Positions 7,238 through 15,840 of a stretch of 64,000 nt of DNA are shown here, piece after piece. The notes under the pieces are model-generated. The model was not told the origin of the DNA, did no database searches, and saw only the letters and a list, made by a program, of their open reading frames with translations. Source of the DNA: a virus. The DNA is taken from the IMG/VR virus record IMGVR_UViG_3300050014_000899. One strand, written 5' to 3'. The first letter of the stretch is position 1. Every line of letters starts with the position of its first letter. The translations under genes were made by a program, and so were the position numbers.

Positions 7238-7312
7238 GGGAGCTTAGCTCAGTTGGTTCAGAGCATCTGCCTTACAAGCAGAGGGTCGAGGGTTCGAATC
7301 CCCCAGTTCCCA
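7238..7312 (+). tRNA. tRNA-Val(TAC)
   Basis: tctgc-CT TAC AA-gcaga. Confidence 0.93.
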
Positions 7313-7401
7313 CATAACGTATAAAATAATATACGTTAACTAAGAAAAAGGGACTTAATGTATAATATTTTATCCGTTATGACCCGATAATATCCGATAA
7401 T

Positions 7402-7474
7402 GGTCCGGTAGCTCAATGGATAGAGCACCTGCCTTCTAAGCAGGTGGTTGAGAGTTCGAGTCTCTCCCGGATCA
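7402..7474 (+). tRNA. tRNA-Arg(TCT)
   Basis: cctgc-CT TCT AA-gcagg. Confidence 0.93.
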
Positions 7475-7481
7475 CTAATTT

Positions 7482-7556
7482 GGTCTCATAGTACAACGGA
7501 TAGTGCGCGAGTTTCCTAAACTTGAAATCCGGGTTCGATTCCCAGTGAGATCACCA
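7482..7556 (+). tRNA. tRNA-Arg(CCT)
   Basis: cgagt-TT CCT AA-acttg; ACCA end. Confidence 0.9.
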
Positions 7557-7570
7557 AATAATTTATAAAC

Positions 7571-7804
7571 ATGACTCATACTCTTAAGCAAATTGTTAAG
7601 GGTAATACTGCTCGCTTTTCATATGCATGCGAAGGGAAGCTCTATTACACTATTGAAGTAGAAGAATCAGTATATCAAGTAGAATTGGACAGTACCGCCG
7701 ATGAATGGAGGGCAACATATATGACCCCAACTTTTCCTGCCATCACTCTTATGAGATGGATCAGAAAAGGTATGGAAAATGAAAAATTTATTCAGATAAA
7801 GTAG
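7571..7804 (+). CDS. hypothetical phage protein
   Basis: ORF after tRNAs. Confidence 0.65.
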   Translation: MTHTLKQIVKGNTARFSYACEGKLYYTIEVEESVYQVELDSTADEWRATYMTPTFPAITLMRWIRKGMENEKFIQIK

Positions 7805-7825
7805 ACAACTTTAGGATATTTTTCG

Positions 7826-7833
7826 TATATTTG
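7826..7833 (+). promoter_or_regulatory. Bacteroidota RpoD -7 element (TAnnTTTG)
   Basis: TATATTTG; same motif at 17628, 21190, 30283, 40633. Confidence 0.6.
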
Positions 7834-7837
7834 TCCC

Positions 7838-8269
7838 ATGGTAATTCACGAAATATTGAAGGAACATGGGATTTTTAGTAATGACATAAAAGTCAAAATT
7901 AAAAATGGCCAGATTAAATTAAATGGAGAAGTTGTTACGGATCCTTTAATGGATTTGGATATTGAATTCGTGAAGAAGGAGGACCGGCCTACCAAAGAAA
8001 CCCCTGCATTTGAAGATGCTGGAAATTTTCTTTTCAGAGCAATTAGTAAAGACAAAGAATGTTTTGACTTATGTACAGCTATGGGGGTTGATGGATTGGG
8101 TATTCATCCAGAATTTTGGCCAGATTTGAATTTTACCAACAAACTAGTTGAAAAATTTAGAAAGGTTTATGTCTTAAAGATTTCTAAAAAAGAATGGATC
8201 ATACTCCAGAAAAAAGAAGTTGAAATTGAAACGGAAGAATTTTTAATATTGAAGAAAAATGATTGTTAA
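7838..8269 (+). CDS. hypothetical protein, possible S4-like RNA-binding N-terminus
   Basis: IKVKIKNGQIKLNGEVVTD resembles the S4 motif. Confidence 0.45.
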   Translation: MVIHEILKEHGIFSNDIKVKIKNGQIKLNGEVVTDPLMDLDIEFVKKEDRPTKETPAFEDAGNFLFRAISKDKECFDLCTAMGVDGLGIHPEFWPDLNFTNKLVEKFRKVYVLKISKKEWIILQKKEVEIETEEFLILKKNDC

Positions 8270-8492
8270 AAAAAGAACTGATAAGATTGAAGTTGACCTG
8301 ACAGGTCCGCATGGAAATGCTTATGCTCTTTTAGGATTAGCAAGTGATATTTGCAAGAATTTAAATCGTCTTGCAGGAAAAGAATTATATGACTTCAAAG
8401 AAATTGAAAAAGATATGAAGAGTTCTGATTATGAACATCTTTTGGAAGTTTTGGAAGAACACTTTGGTAACTTTATAATATTATACAGATGA
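8259..8492 (+). CDS. hypothetical phage protein
   Basis: DLTGPHGNAYALLG...MKSSDYEHLL. Confidence 0.65.
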   Translation: MIVKKRTDKIEVDLTGPHGNAYALLGLASDICKNLNRLAGKELYDFKEIEKDMKSSDYEHLLEVLEEHFGNFIILYR

Positions 8493-8896
8493 GATTTGCA
8501 AATGATCCAGCGGAGCCAACAACTCCCACGAACCCGAAATTATCTTCGATAGCTTATACATTGTCAAAATTGACTGTATTGGAAGCTAAAGAATTAGCTG
8601 ATATACTTGAAAACGATTTTGGTATCAAGAAAGCTAAAACAGAGTTTAAACCTGCAGGATATGAACCTGTTCCTGAAGTGGAACAAACTGAATTCAATGT
8701 TTACCTCAAAGAAATTGGCAATCAAAAATTGCAGGTTATAAAAAAGGTCCATGAAGTAATGGGATTGGGTCTTAAAGAAGCCAAAGCATTGGTTGATTCT
8801 ACCCCCTGTCTTTTAAAAGAAAAGATTTTAAAAGCTGAAGTAACAACCATAAAAGCCGAATTGGAAAATGTCGGAGCAGTAGTGGAAGTGAGATGA
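8489..8896 (+). CDS. rplL: ribosomal protein bL12 (L7/L12)
   Basis: LTVLEAKELADILE; EQTEFNVYL..KLQVIKKV..GLGLKEAKALVD; LENVGAVVEV. Confidence 0.9.
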   Translation: MRFANDPAEPTTPTNPKLSSIAYTLSKLTVLEAKELADILENDFGIKKAKTEFKPAGYEPVPEVEQTEFNVYLKEIGNQKLQVIKKVHEVMGLGLKEAKALVDSTPCLLKEKILKAEVTTIKAELENVGAVVEVR

Positions 8897-9180
8897 AATT
8901 AAAGAACCTCATATTAGCATTAAAAGATCAAGGTCCGCTTAAAAGAGCTTTTCGAAACTTCTTTATAACTGGAAATGCATGGGGTTTATTTTCCATAAAC
9001 TCTCACATAAGGCAGGATACTCAAAAGCCAAAGGTGACTTATAATACTCAAGAAACAGCTGCTAAATCAGCTATCAGTTTGGGTAAGAAAAATGGGGTTC
9101 ACTTTAGCTATTACAAATGTGCTTACTGTGATGGTTATCATATCGGTAAGAATAGAGACAATAAAACAAATGAAAAATAG
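8893..9180 (+). CDS. hypothetical protein with C-terminal Zn motif
   Basis: YKCAYCDGYHIG. Confidence 0.6.
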   Translation: MKLKNLILALKDQGPLKRAFRNFFITGNAWGLFSINSHIRQDTQKPKVTYNTQETAAKSAISLGKKNGVHFSYYKCAYCDGYHIGKNRDNKTNEK

Positions 9181-9571
9181 AGCAAAAGGTTTTTATTGGG
9201 TTCAATATGCAAATTTATCTTGGGTAGTTTGCGAATGGGATGGTGTCCAATGGCATCACCAAGGGGCAAGTTATCCGGATGAAAGTTTTAAACAGATTCA
9301 TGAGATAAGAATTGAGCCTCCAAAACCCAAAGATGTTAGAAATTCCGATGGTATATGGACTCCAGAATGTTTAATTTTTTAAAATGAGAATAATAATCAC
9401 AGCTGAAGAAGCAATCGATAAAGGAATCTGGGAAGATTTATGCGACATGGTCGGATACAGTTATTATGCAGTTAACGAAGGTATGGACCCTGATACAGAA
9501 ATTTCTTTAACAGAGGATCAAGCAAGACAGCTGGGAGTAATACCTGCAAAAAATAGTATTTCCTGGGACTA

Positions 9572-10206
9572 ATGAAAGCATATCACACAATACAGAAATA
9601 TACCGAGGATCACTATGGAAAGTTTGTATGGGCTTTCGATAAGGTAGATGGATCTAATTTCAGGTAGAGTGGGATAGAAAACTTTCAAAGAAAAGCCAGT
9701 TTACATTTGGATTCAAAAAATTCGGGACAAGAACCGAAATGATAATGAACAACAGAAATCCATTTATTGAAGCTGTTACTTTGTTTGAAATGGAATATGC
9801 TCCAAAATTTGACCAGATTTTTAAAGACGCAAAAGAGCTAAGAGGAGTTCCGATAATTACCTTATTTGGAGAGTTTTATGGTCCAGGTAGCTTTGCAGGT
9901 ATGCACGATTGGAACGCTACCCATAGTTTAACATTTTTCGATGCGGCAATATATAAGAAGGGATACCTTCCTCCATCAGATTTTCAAAATCTATTTGGAG
10001 AACTCCCCATACAAAAACTTATTTGGAAAGGAATTTTCAATGAGGAATTTGTAAAAAGAGTAGAAGCCAATGAATTCGGACTTTCCGAAGGAATAGTTTA
10101 CAAGGGCGTTGAAGACGGAGATGTCTTTATGGGCAAAATCAAAACTCTTCAATGGCTCGAAAGTATAAGAAATAAGTACGGTATCAAAAAAATGCTAGAG
10201 TACTAA
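9572..10206 (+). CDS. ATP-dependent RNA ligase-like nucleotidyltransferase, frameshifted near 9664
   Basis: motif I DKVDGSNFR upstream of the shift; LFGEFYG, FFDA, EGIV, MGKIK downstream. Confidence 0.7.
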
Positions 10207-10393
10207 TGGAAGATTTCAAAAAGAAGCGAAAAGATCTTCGCGATCGAAAAAGAGAAGCAATGAACGAGGAATATAAATCCGCCAAAGAAAGAAAAGGGGT
10301 TGTTAACACATTTAAAAGAGAATCCAGATCCATTAAGAGATCTGAGAAAAATGAAATAAAGAAAGTTCTTCGGAACGATTTTGGAATTTAAAC

Positions 10394-10469
10394 GCGCCGG
10401 TATCACGCCTCGCTACGAACGAGGAGAAGTGTAATTGGACACATGAGGGTTCGAATCCCTTTCGGCGTT
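10394..10469 (+). tRNA. non-canonical tRNA-Arg(ACG) lacking a normal D arm
   Basis: cctcg-CT ACG AA-cgagg directly after the acceptor strand; TAATTGG after the anticodon arm; T arm. Confidence 0.65.
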
Positions 10470-10637
10470 CTAATGGGTAAAGTGTTATACGGTCTGAAGC
10501 CCGGGTTTGGGAAATGAATCATCAGAGTACCTCAGGTCTATAAAATAACACAAGAGGGGAATCTTTTCAGATGATCAATCCTTCAAAGACGCTGAATTTA
10601 TCCAGGTGGGAAGGGTTCGCCCGATTCTCACCAAATT

Positions 10638-10709
10638 GCGGAGGTAGTATAACGGTTAGTATAGGGCCTTGCCAAGGCTCAGATGGGTTTTCGATTAACC
10701 TTCTCCGCA
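10638..10709 (+). tRNA. tRNA-Gly(GCC)
   Basis: gggcc-TT GCC AA-ggctc. Confidence 0.85.
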
Positions 10710-10761
10710 CAAAGTAGCAAAATTGGTAGAGCGCATGTGAATATATATAGAAAATATTCGC

Positions 10762-11568
10762 ATGCTACCAAGAAATAAAAAAAATTGTGAAAAATGCAAT
10801 AAAGAAATAAGTTTGTCTAATTTTAATTTGCATTATTCTTCATGTAAAGGAAATATAGAAGAAACAAAGATAAGAGTAAAAGAAGAATGGAAATTGGTCA
10901 ACGGAAAATACAAATGTCCATATTGTAATAAAGAGTATTCGAAGAATGGAATTTCTACACATATTATAAGAAATCATACCGAAAAAGGAAAAGGGCAAAA
11001 TCCCAATATTGGTTTTTTAAAGGAAACCCAAATTATTTGGAATAAGGGGTTATCAAAGGAAACAAATAAAAGTCTTGAAAATCTTTCAAAAACATTATTA
11101 AAAAAATATAAATCTGGAGAATTAAAATCCGGATTTAAAAATAAAAAACATAATAAAATATCATGTGAAAAAATGTCTAAAAGTGCTATTCTAGCATTTC
11201 AAGAAGGAAGACATTCTGGATGGGTTTCAAGAAAAATACAAAGTTATCCTGAGATATATTTTGAAAAGGTTTTAAAAAGCAAAAAGTTATTTGAAGAATG
11301 TATCCCTGAATATTTTATTAAACATAAAAACAATTCTAATTATTTTTTGGATTTTTATTTTCCAAATAAAAGGATTAATTTAGAAATTGATGGCTCTCAA
11401 CATGAATTGGAAGATCGAAAAATATCTGATAATCAAAGAGATAATTTTTTATCAGAACAAAATATATTTGTTTTTAGAATAAAATGGAGAAACCCAAAAT
11501 CATTAGATGGTAAAAAATATTTGGAGAATAAAATAAAAGAATTTATTGAATTATACAAGCGGAAGTAG
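10762..11568 (+). CDS. homing endonuclease, Zn finger plus DUF559/Vsr-like nuclease
   Basis: KCPYCNKEY..THIIRNH; YFLDFY...LEIDGSQH..DNQRDNFL. Confidence 0.8.
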   Translation: MLPRNKKNCEKCNKEISLSNFNLHYSSCKGNIEETKIRVKEEWKLVNGKYKCPYCNKEYSKNGISTHIIRNHTEKGKGQNPNIGFLKETQIIWNKGLSKETNKSLENLSKTLLKKYKSGELKSGFKNKKHNKISCEKMSKSAILAFQEGRHSGWVSRKIQSYPEIYFEKVLKSKKLFEECIPEYFIKHKNNSNYFLDFYFPNKRINLEIDGSQHELEDRKISDNQRDNFLSEQNIFVFRIKWRNPKSLDGKKYLENKIKEFIELYKRK

Positions 11569-11631
11569 CTCAGTTGGTAGAGCACCGTCCTTCCACGTCG
11601 GGGGTCGCGAGTTCGAACCTCGTCTTCCGCT
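11559..11631 (+). tRNA. tRNA-Gly(TCC)
   Basis: GCGGAAGTAGCTCAGTTGGTAGAGC; loop CT TCC AC. Confidence 0.9.
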
Positions 11632-11638
11632 CAATTTT

Positions 11639-11710
11639 GCCTCTATGGTGTAATGGATAACATGGGTGACTTCGGATCATCTGTTACGGGTTCGAATCCT
11701 GTTAGGGGCA
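11639..11710 (+). tRNA. tRNA-Arg(TCG)
   Basis: ggtga-CT TCG GA-tcatc. Confidence 0.88.
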
Positions 11711-11731
11711 CAACTTTTTTAAACTAAAATA

Positions 11732-12031
11732 ATGAATTATACAAATTATATTTTAAGCGGAAACTCTATCAATATCAATTCTCTCATCTCCAAAAAAAGA
11801 TACTTAAAACCAATAACTATTACAATTGCTATTCCAGTAGCTATAGTAGGATTTCTAGCATTTTCGGGAATATTACCAGCAACCTATATAATAGATCGTG
11901 TTAAAGAAGGAGAAATTAAATATCTTAAAGTTATAAGAAAATATAAAAGAAACAAAGAGTTTCAAGCTTTTTTAGAAACCATTTCAGATGATAAAGAAGA
12001 AATGAAAAGAATCAAAAAAATGTATCATTAA
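11732..12031 (+). CDS. hypothetical membrane protein
   Basis: one hydrophobic segment. Confidence 0.55.
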   Translation: MNYTNYILSGNSININSLISKKRYLKPITITIAIPVAIVGFLAFSGILPATYIIDRVKEGEIKYLKVIRKYKRNKEFQAFLETISDDKEEMKRIKKMYH

Positions 12032-12330
12032 TCATGAAAAAATTATTCGATGGTCATTAGGTAAGAAAGTTACCTAAAATAAGACCATTATGAGAAGAAG
12101 ACATTATTTGAAAACGACTCAAATACTTGAGCACACCACAAATCGTAGAGAATTTAAAATTCTTACCACCGTTGATCAAGATCCATATCCTGAAGAGTAT
12201 GGGTATTACCAAAAGCACAAATGGGGATTCAGAGGATGCAGAAAGTCCAGATTAATCTGGAAACATCAAGTAAGAATGTATCGTACTTGGAAGCATAATA
12301 GAAAAACCCAGTATAAATATAATAAAAACG

Positions 12331-12723
12331 ATGGATATATCCACAATAACGAAGGAACAATTTGATTTAGCTTATAATAAGTTTCAACCAAATGCTTGGG
12401 TCAAATTTGGATTTAAGTACTTTTCTAATAGTACTTTAAAAGAAAATTTCAAAATAAAGAAAACTGTAACTTGGATTCTCGGTGTTCTTTTTGGAATTGG
12501 TTTTTTAGCAACTGTAATTGGATTACCGCACAATGTAATTGCAGTTCCTGTTCTAATATATTCAGGAATTATTGTTATTTTAGCTATTATTATGGGGGGA
12601 TCCGCTCTAATGAATAATCTGAGAATTAAAAAAATTCAGAAAGAATTAGGAGTAAACATTTGGCAATATGAAGCTTTAGTAAATATGTTTTATCCAACCC
12701 CTATCAACCCACTTCAAAATTAA
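12331..12723 (+). CDS. hypothetical membrane protein
   Basis: two hydrophobic segments. Confidence 0.65.
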   Translation: MDISTITKEQFDLAYNKFQPNAWVKFGFKYFSNSTLKENFKIKKTVTWILGVLFGIGFLATVIGLPHNVIAVPVLIYSGIIVILAIIMGGSALMNNLRIKKIQKELGVNIWQYEALVNMFYPTPINPLQN

Positions 12724-13310
12724 TGAATAAATTGAGTCCTTTTCTTCAATACAAGGACATCCTTGAGAAATATTTGTCTCCTAAAACCATTTTTAAATTA
12801 AAGGAGGCTTGGAATGAACCCAGAAGAAGGTATCATAATGAAGATCACTTATATCAGATTTTAAAAGATCTCGAAAAAAGTAAATCAAAAGTATCTTCAG
12901 TTCAATGGGAATCTTTAGTAATAGCCGCTTTCTTTCACGATGCTATTTATGTTCCGGGGAATTCCAATAACGAGGATCAGTCCATTAAAGTTTTCTTAGA
13001 GTCTTTTTTAGGAAAAAGATTTGATATGGTTAAAGCTATTAAAGAAATGATCAAAGCAACTCAATTTAGAGTGGTTCCAGCGGATAAACTAGTTAAGATT
13101 TTTTGGGAAGCAGATAATGCAGGATTCCAGGGACCATTTGAAAGTTTTTTAGAAACCGAGAAGAAGATTAGATTAGAGTTTGGACATGTTTCTTTGCATA
13201 CTTATAAGAAAGGAAGACTAAAGTTTCTCAATTCCTGTTTAGGATTAATGGGGCCAAAAGCAGACGAAAACGTCTCAAAACTAATCGAGTACATAGAAAA
13301 AAATTACTAA
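12723..13310 (+). CDS. HD-domain phosphohydrolase
   Basis: EPRRRYHNEDH...AAFFHDAIY..NEDQS. Confidence 0.8.
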   Translation: MNKLSPFLQYKDILEKYLSPKTIFKLKEAWNEPRRRYHNEDHLYQILKDLEKSKSKVSSVQWESLVIAAFFHDAIYVPGNSNNEDQSIKVFLESFLGKRFDMVKAIKEMIKATQFRVVPADKLVKIFWEADNAGFQGPFESFLETEKKIRLEFGHVSLHTYKKGRLKFLNSCLGLMGPKADENVSKLIEYIEKNY

Positions 13311-13369
13311 TTTTAACGTTTTTTCTTCAAAAATATTTTTTTTCTAAGTAAAATAATTGTACATTTACT

Positions 13370-13813
13370 ATGAAATTAAAAATAAGAGATATGAGAACCA
13401 CAGGCGTTATCGAATTCGAAGGATTTAAATTCAAAAATACAGAATTTCAATTTAAGAACAAGAAAGAGATGAACAGCTTTTTTAATGAGGTTCTTATTGA
13501 TAGTCCTCAGAGATTCATTAATACTTTGGATCGTTGGAATTTGGAAAATATGCACATTGCGTTTTCACAATTTATGCTGATGAAAGTTATTGCTTTTTCA
13601 GGTCTTGGAATGGGATTAGTATCAATACTTGCAAAGCTTCCGTCAATTGTTGGAATTGGTTTCGTAGTAATGGCAGCAGTTAATTATATTGCAAGCAAAA
13701 AAGCCGAAAAAAGACTTGATAACATCAACTACAGCAGAGGAGATTATGAAATGATGGCTGAAGGACTTGATGAAGTTCGTGAAGATTTAATAAAAGAAAA
13801 AAATTCAAAGTAA
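13370..13813 (+). CDS. hypothetical membrane protein
   Basis: two hydrophobic segments. Confidence 0.6.
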   Translation: MKLKIRDMRTTGVIEFEGFKFKNTEFQFKNKKEMNSFFNEVLIDSPQRFINTLDRWNLENMHIAFSQFMLMKVIAFSGLGMGLVSILAKLPSIVGIGFVVMAAVNYIASKKAEKRLDNINYSRGDYEMMAEGLDEVREDLIKEKNSK

Positions 13814-13848
13814 TACAAAACCTAAGCATTTTTACGTATATAAGATAG

Positions 13849-13855
13849 ATATATA
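13849..13855 (+). promoter_or_regulatory. ATATATA promoter-like motif for tRNA operon 2
   Basis: same motif and near-identical spacing to ATG as for leader 1. Confidence 0.55.
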
Positions 13856-13879
13856 AAGAAACAACAAAAAGTTAAAACA

Positions 13880-13957
13880 ATGAAAAGGCAGTCCATACAT
13901 ACGATTAGTATTACCTCATCACACGATAAGGGCGGCCTTTTTATGACTAGACTTTAG
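13880..13957 (+). CDS. leader peptide 2 (MKRQSIHTISITSSHDKGGLFMTRL) of tRNA operon attenuator
   Basis: 11 consecutive Ser/Ile/His/Thr codons before a Ser/His/Thr/Ile-only tRNA operon; GGCCTTTTT (13934-13942) can pair with the terminator 5' arm. Confidence 0.85.
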   Translation: MKRQSIHTISITSSHDKGGLFMTRL

Positions 13958-13982
13958 TACTAAGATATTAAATGATTTATTC

Positions 13983-14015
13983 AAAGGAAGGCTCCAATCA
14001 GTCTTCCTTTTTTTT
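13983..14015 (+). terminator. attenuator terminator of tRNA operon 2
   Basis: AAAGGAAGGCT-ccaatc-AGTCTTCCTTT plus T-run, 5 nt before tRNA-Ser. Confidence 0.85.
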
Positions 14016-14020
14016 GTTTT

Positions 14021-14106
14021 GGAGAGTAGCATTCGATGGTGGATAACAGGTCTCGAAAACCTGGCCGGCGGTTCAAATCCCAAGGGTTCGACTCCTTTAC
14101 CCTCCG
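14021..14106 (+). tRNA. tRNA-Ser(CGA)
   Basis: caggt-CT CGA AA-acctg; long variable arm; G73. Confidence 0.85.
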
Positions 14107-14122
14107 CTAGAAAATAAAATAT

Positions 14123-14212
14123 GGATGGGTACCCAAATTGGTTAAGGGGGCGGTCTTGAAAACCGTTAGGTCGTGTAAACACGGCGCGTGGGTTCGAACC
14201 CCACCTCATCCG
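14123..14212 (+). tRNA. tRNA-Ser(TGA)
   Basis: gcggt-CT TGA AA-accgt; long variable arm. Confidence 0.92.
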
Positions 14213-14215
14213 CAA

Positions 14216-14285
14216 GGGGCGAAACCAACTTCGCAAGTTGGATCTGGATTTAGCTACCAGATAAGCATATGTGTGATGCTGTCCC
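14216..14285 (+). ncRNA. three-hairpin small RNA of unknown type
   Basis: CCAACTT/AAGTTGG, ATCTGG/CCAGAT and AGCAT/ATGCT hairpins closed by GGGGC/GTCCC. Confidence 0.45.
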
Positions 14286-14291
14286 GGTTAT

Positions 14292-14368
14292 GGTGGTATT
14301 AGTGTTAGTGGTAAGCACGAAAGTCTGTGGAACTTTTAGGATGGGTTCGAATCCCATATAACACCCCA
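14292..14368 (+). tRNA. tRNA-His(GTG)
   Basis: aaagt-CT GTG GA-acttt; encoded G-1, C73 and CCA. Confidence 0.88.
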
Positions 14369-14372
14369 TTAT

Positions 14373-14452
14373 GGTAGACGTAGCTTAATTGGTTAAAGGG
14401 CCAGATTGTGGATCTGATGCGATTGAGGGTTCGAATCCCTTCGTCTACCCCA
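14373..14452 (+). tRNA. tRNA-His(GTG)
   Basis: caga-TT GTG GA-tctg; encoded G-1, C73 and CCA. Confidence 0.88.
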
Positions 14453-14453
14453 C

Positions 14454-14526
14454 GCCTCTATAGTATAGTTGGTAATTATAGCTGATTCGTAATCAGCAGA
14501 CTGGGATTCGAATTCCCGTAGAGGCT
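14454..14526 (+). tRNA. tRNA-Thr(CGT)
   Basis: gctga-TT CGT AA-tcagc. Confidence 0.88.
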
Positions 14527-14533
14527 CAATAAT

Positions 14534-14607
14534 GCACCCTTAGCTCAGCTGGTAGAGCACTTGCTTGGTAAGCAAGAGGTTCCCGGATTCGATCTCCGGA
14601 GGGTGCT
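14534..14607 (+). tRNA. tRNA-Thr(GGT)
   Basis: cttgc-TT GGT AA-gcaag. Confidence 0.9.
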
Positions 14608-14688
14608 CAAAAGCATACGTGTATGCGACAATAGTGAAGAGTGGTAATACACCCCGCCGTTAACTTGAGGAGGTCAGGCACTATTTTT

Positions 14689-14773
14689 GGAGGGTTGACC
14701 GAGAGGTAAGGTATCGCTCTGGAAAGGCGAAGTCAGGGTTAAACTTGGGTGGGATCGTTACCCGCATCCTCCG
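14689..14773 (+). tRNA. tRNA-Ser(GGA)
   Basis: tcgct-CT GGA AA-ggcga; long variable arm. Confidence 0.85.
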
Positions 14774-14780
14774 CAAAAAT

Positions 14781-14853
14781 ACTGGTGTGGCGCAATGGTA
14801 AGCGCAGGACCCTTATAAGGTCAAGGTTGGGGGTTCAAGTCCCTTCACCAGTA
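14781..14853 (+). tRNA. tRNA-Ile(TAT)
   Basis: gacc-CT TAT AA-ggtc. Confidence 0.88.
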
Positions 14854-14860
14854 CAAATTT

Positions 14861-14937
14861 CGGCCTGTATACCCTCTGTCTGATAAACAGTTGAAAGGTT
14901 AGCTGGTTGCATAGTGGTTCGACTCCACTCAGGCCGA
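14861..14937 (+). tRNA. non-canonical tRNA-Ile(GAT) lacking a normal D arm
   Basis: CGGCCTG/CAGGCCG acceptor; ctgt-CT GAT AA-acag; TAGCTGG after the anticodon arm; T arm. Confidence 0.65.
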
Positions 14938-14943
14938 CAAAAT

Positions 14944-15016
14944 GGGCGTATCATATAGTTGGTTAGTATACGTGCCTGATAAGCACGACACGGAGGTTCG
15001 AGGCTTCCTATGCCCA
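14944..15016 (+). tRNA. tRNA-Ile(GAT)
   Basis: cgtgc-CT GAT AA-gcacg. Confidence 0.88.
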
Positions 15017-15091
15017 CAAATTCTAGAGGGTTAAGAAATGGGGATAGCAATCTAGCCTGCATTTTTACGGATATATATAATAAATAATATT

Positions 15092-15838
15092 ATGTATAAG
15101 TGTAATCATTGCGATAAAGAATTTGAATTAAAACAACAAAAAACTAATCATGAAAGATGGCATGCCAATCCTAAACACAATGAGATTAAAAAAGAATATT
15201 GTTGTTCGATATGTGGAAAAACATTTACAAATTTTGGATGGAAACAAATTCATGAAAAATATTGTGATGGATCAGGATTAACTAAAAAAGAAAAAATTCT
15301 TAAAAACAGAGAAAATAATAAAGGCAAAACTTTTGATGAAATTTTAGTTCAAAAAGGAACTTATGAAAAGTTTTGTCAAAATGTATCTTTTGGAATGAAA
15401 GAAGCTTTTAAAGAAGGCAAATTTACCGGATCCCCATCTACAGAAGAAGGCAAAAAAAGAAAAAATGAAAAATTAAGACAGAGTACATTAAAAAGATACA
15501 AGGAGGGGTGGGATTCAAAATGTGGAAGAGCTCCTAAATATCATTACGAAAGCAAGATAGCAGGAAAAATAACTGTTGATGGGTCATGGGAATTAAATGT
15601 AGCCAAATATTTAGATAACAATAATTTTAGATGGATTAGAAATACAAAAAGATTTGATTATGTTAATTTAGAAGGAAAACAATCAACATATAAACCGGAT
15701 TTTTATATTTTTAATTGGAGTAGTTATTTAGAAATAAAAGGATTTGAAACAAAACTGGATAAATGTAAATGGGAGCAATTTAAAGAACCCCTAATAATAT
15801 GGAAAAGAAATGATTTAAAAGAATTAAAAATAATTTAA
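15092..15838 (+). CDS. homing endonuclease, C2H2 Zn fingers plus PD-(D/E)XK domain
   Basis: YKCNHCDKEF..HERWH; GSWE...YKPDFY...LEIKG. Confidence 0.8.
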   Translation: MYKCNHCDKEFELKQQKTNHERWHANPKHNEIKKEYCCSICGKTFTNFGWKQIHEKYCDGSGLTKKEKILKNRENNKGKTFDEILVQKGTYEKFCQNVSFGMKEAFKEGKFTGSPSTEEGKKRKNEKLRQSTLKRYKEGWDSKCGRAPKYHYESKIAGKITVDGSWELNVAKYLDNNNFRWIRNTKRFDYVNLEGKQSTYKPDFYIFNWSSYLEIKGFETKLDKCKWEQFKEPLIIWKRNDLKELKII

Positions 15839-15840
15839 AA

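Noticed and set aside
9660-9670. In-frame TAG suggesting amber recoding
   Set aside because: The protein continues in a different frame, TAG ends other genes normally, and no CTA tRNA was found.
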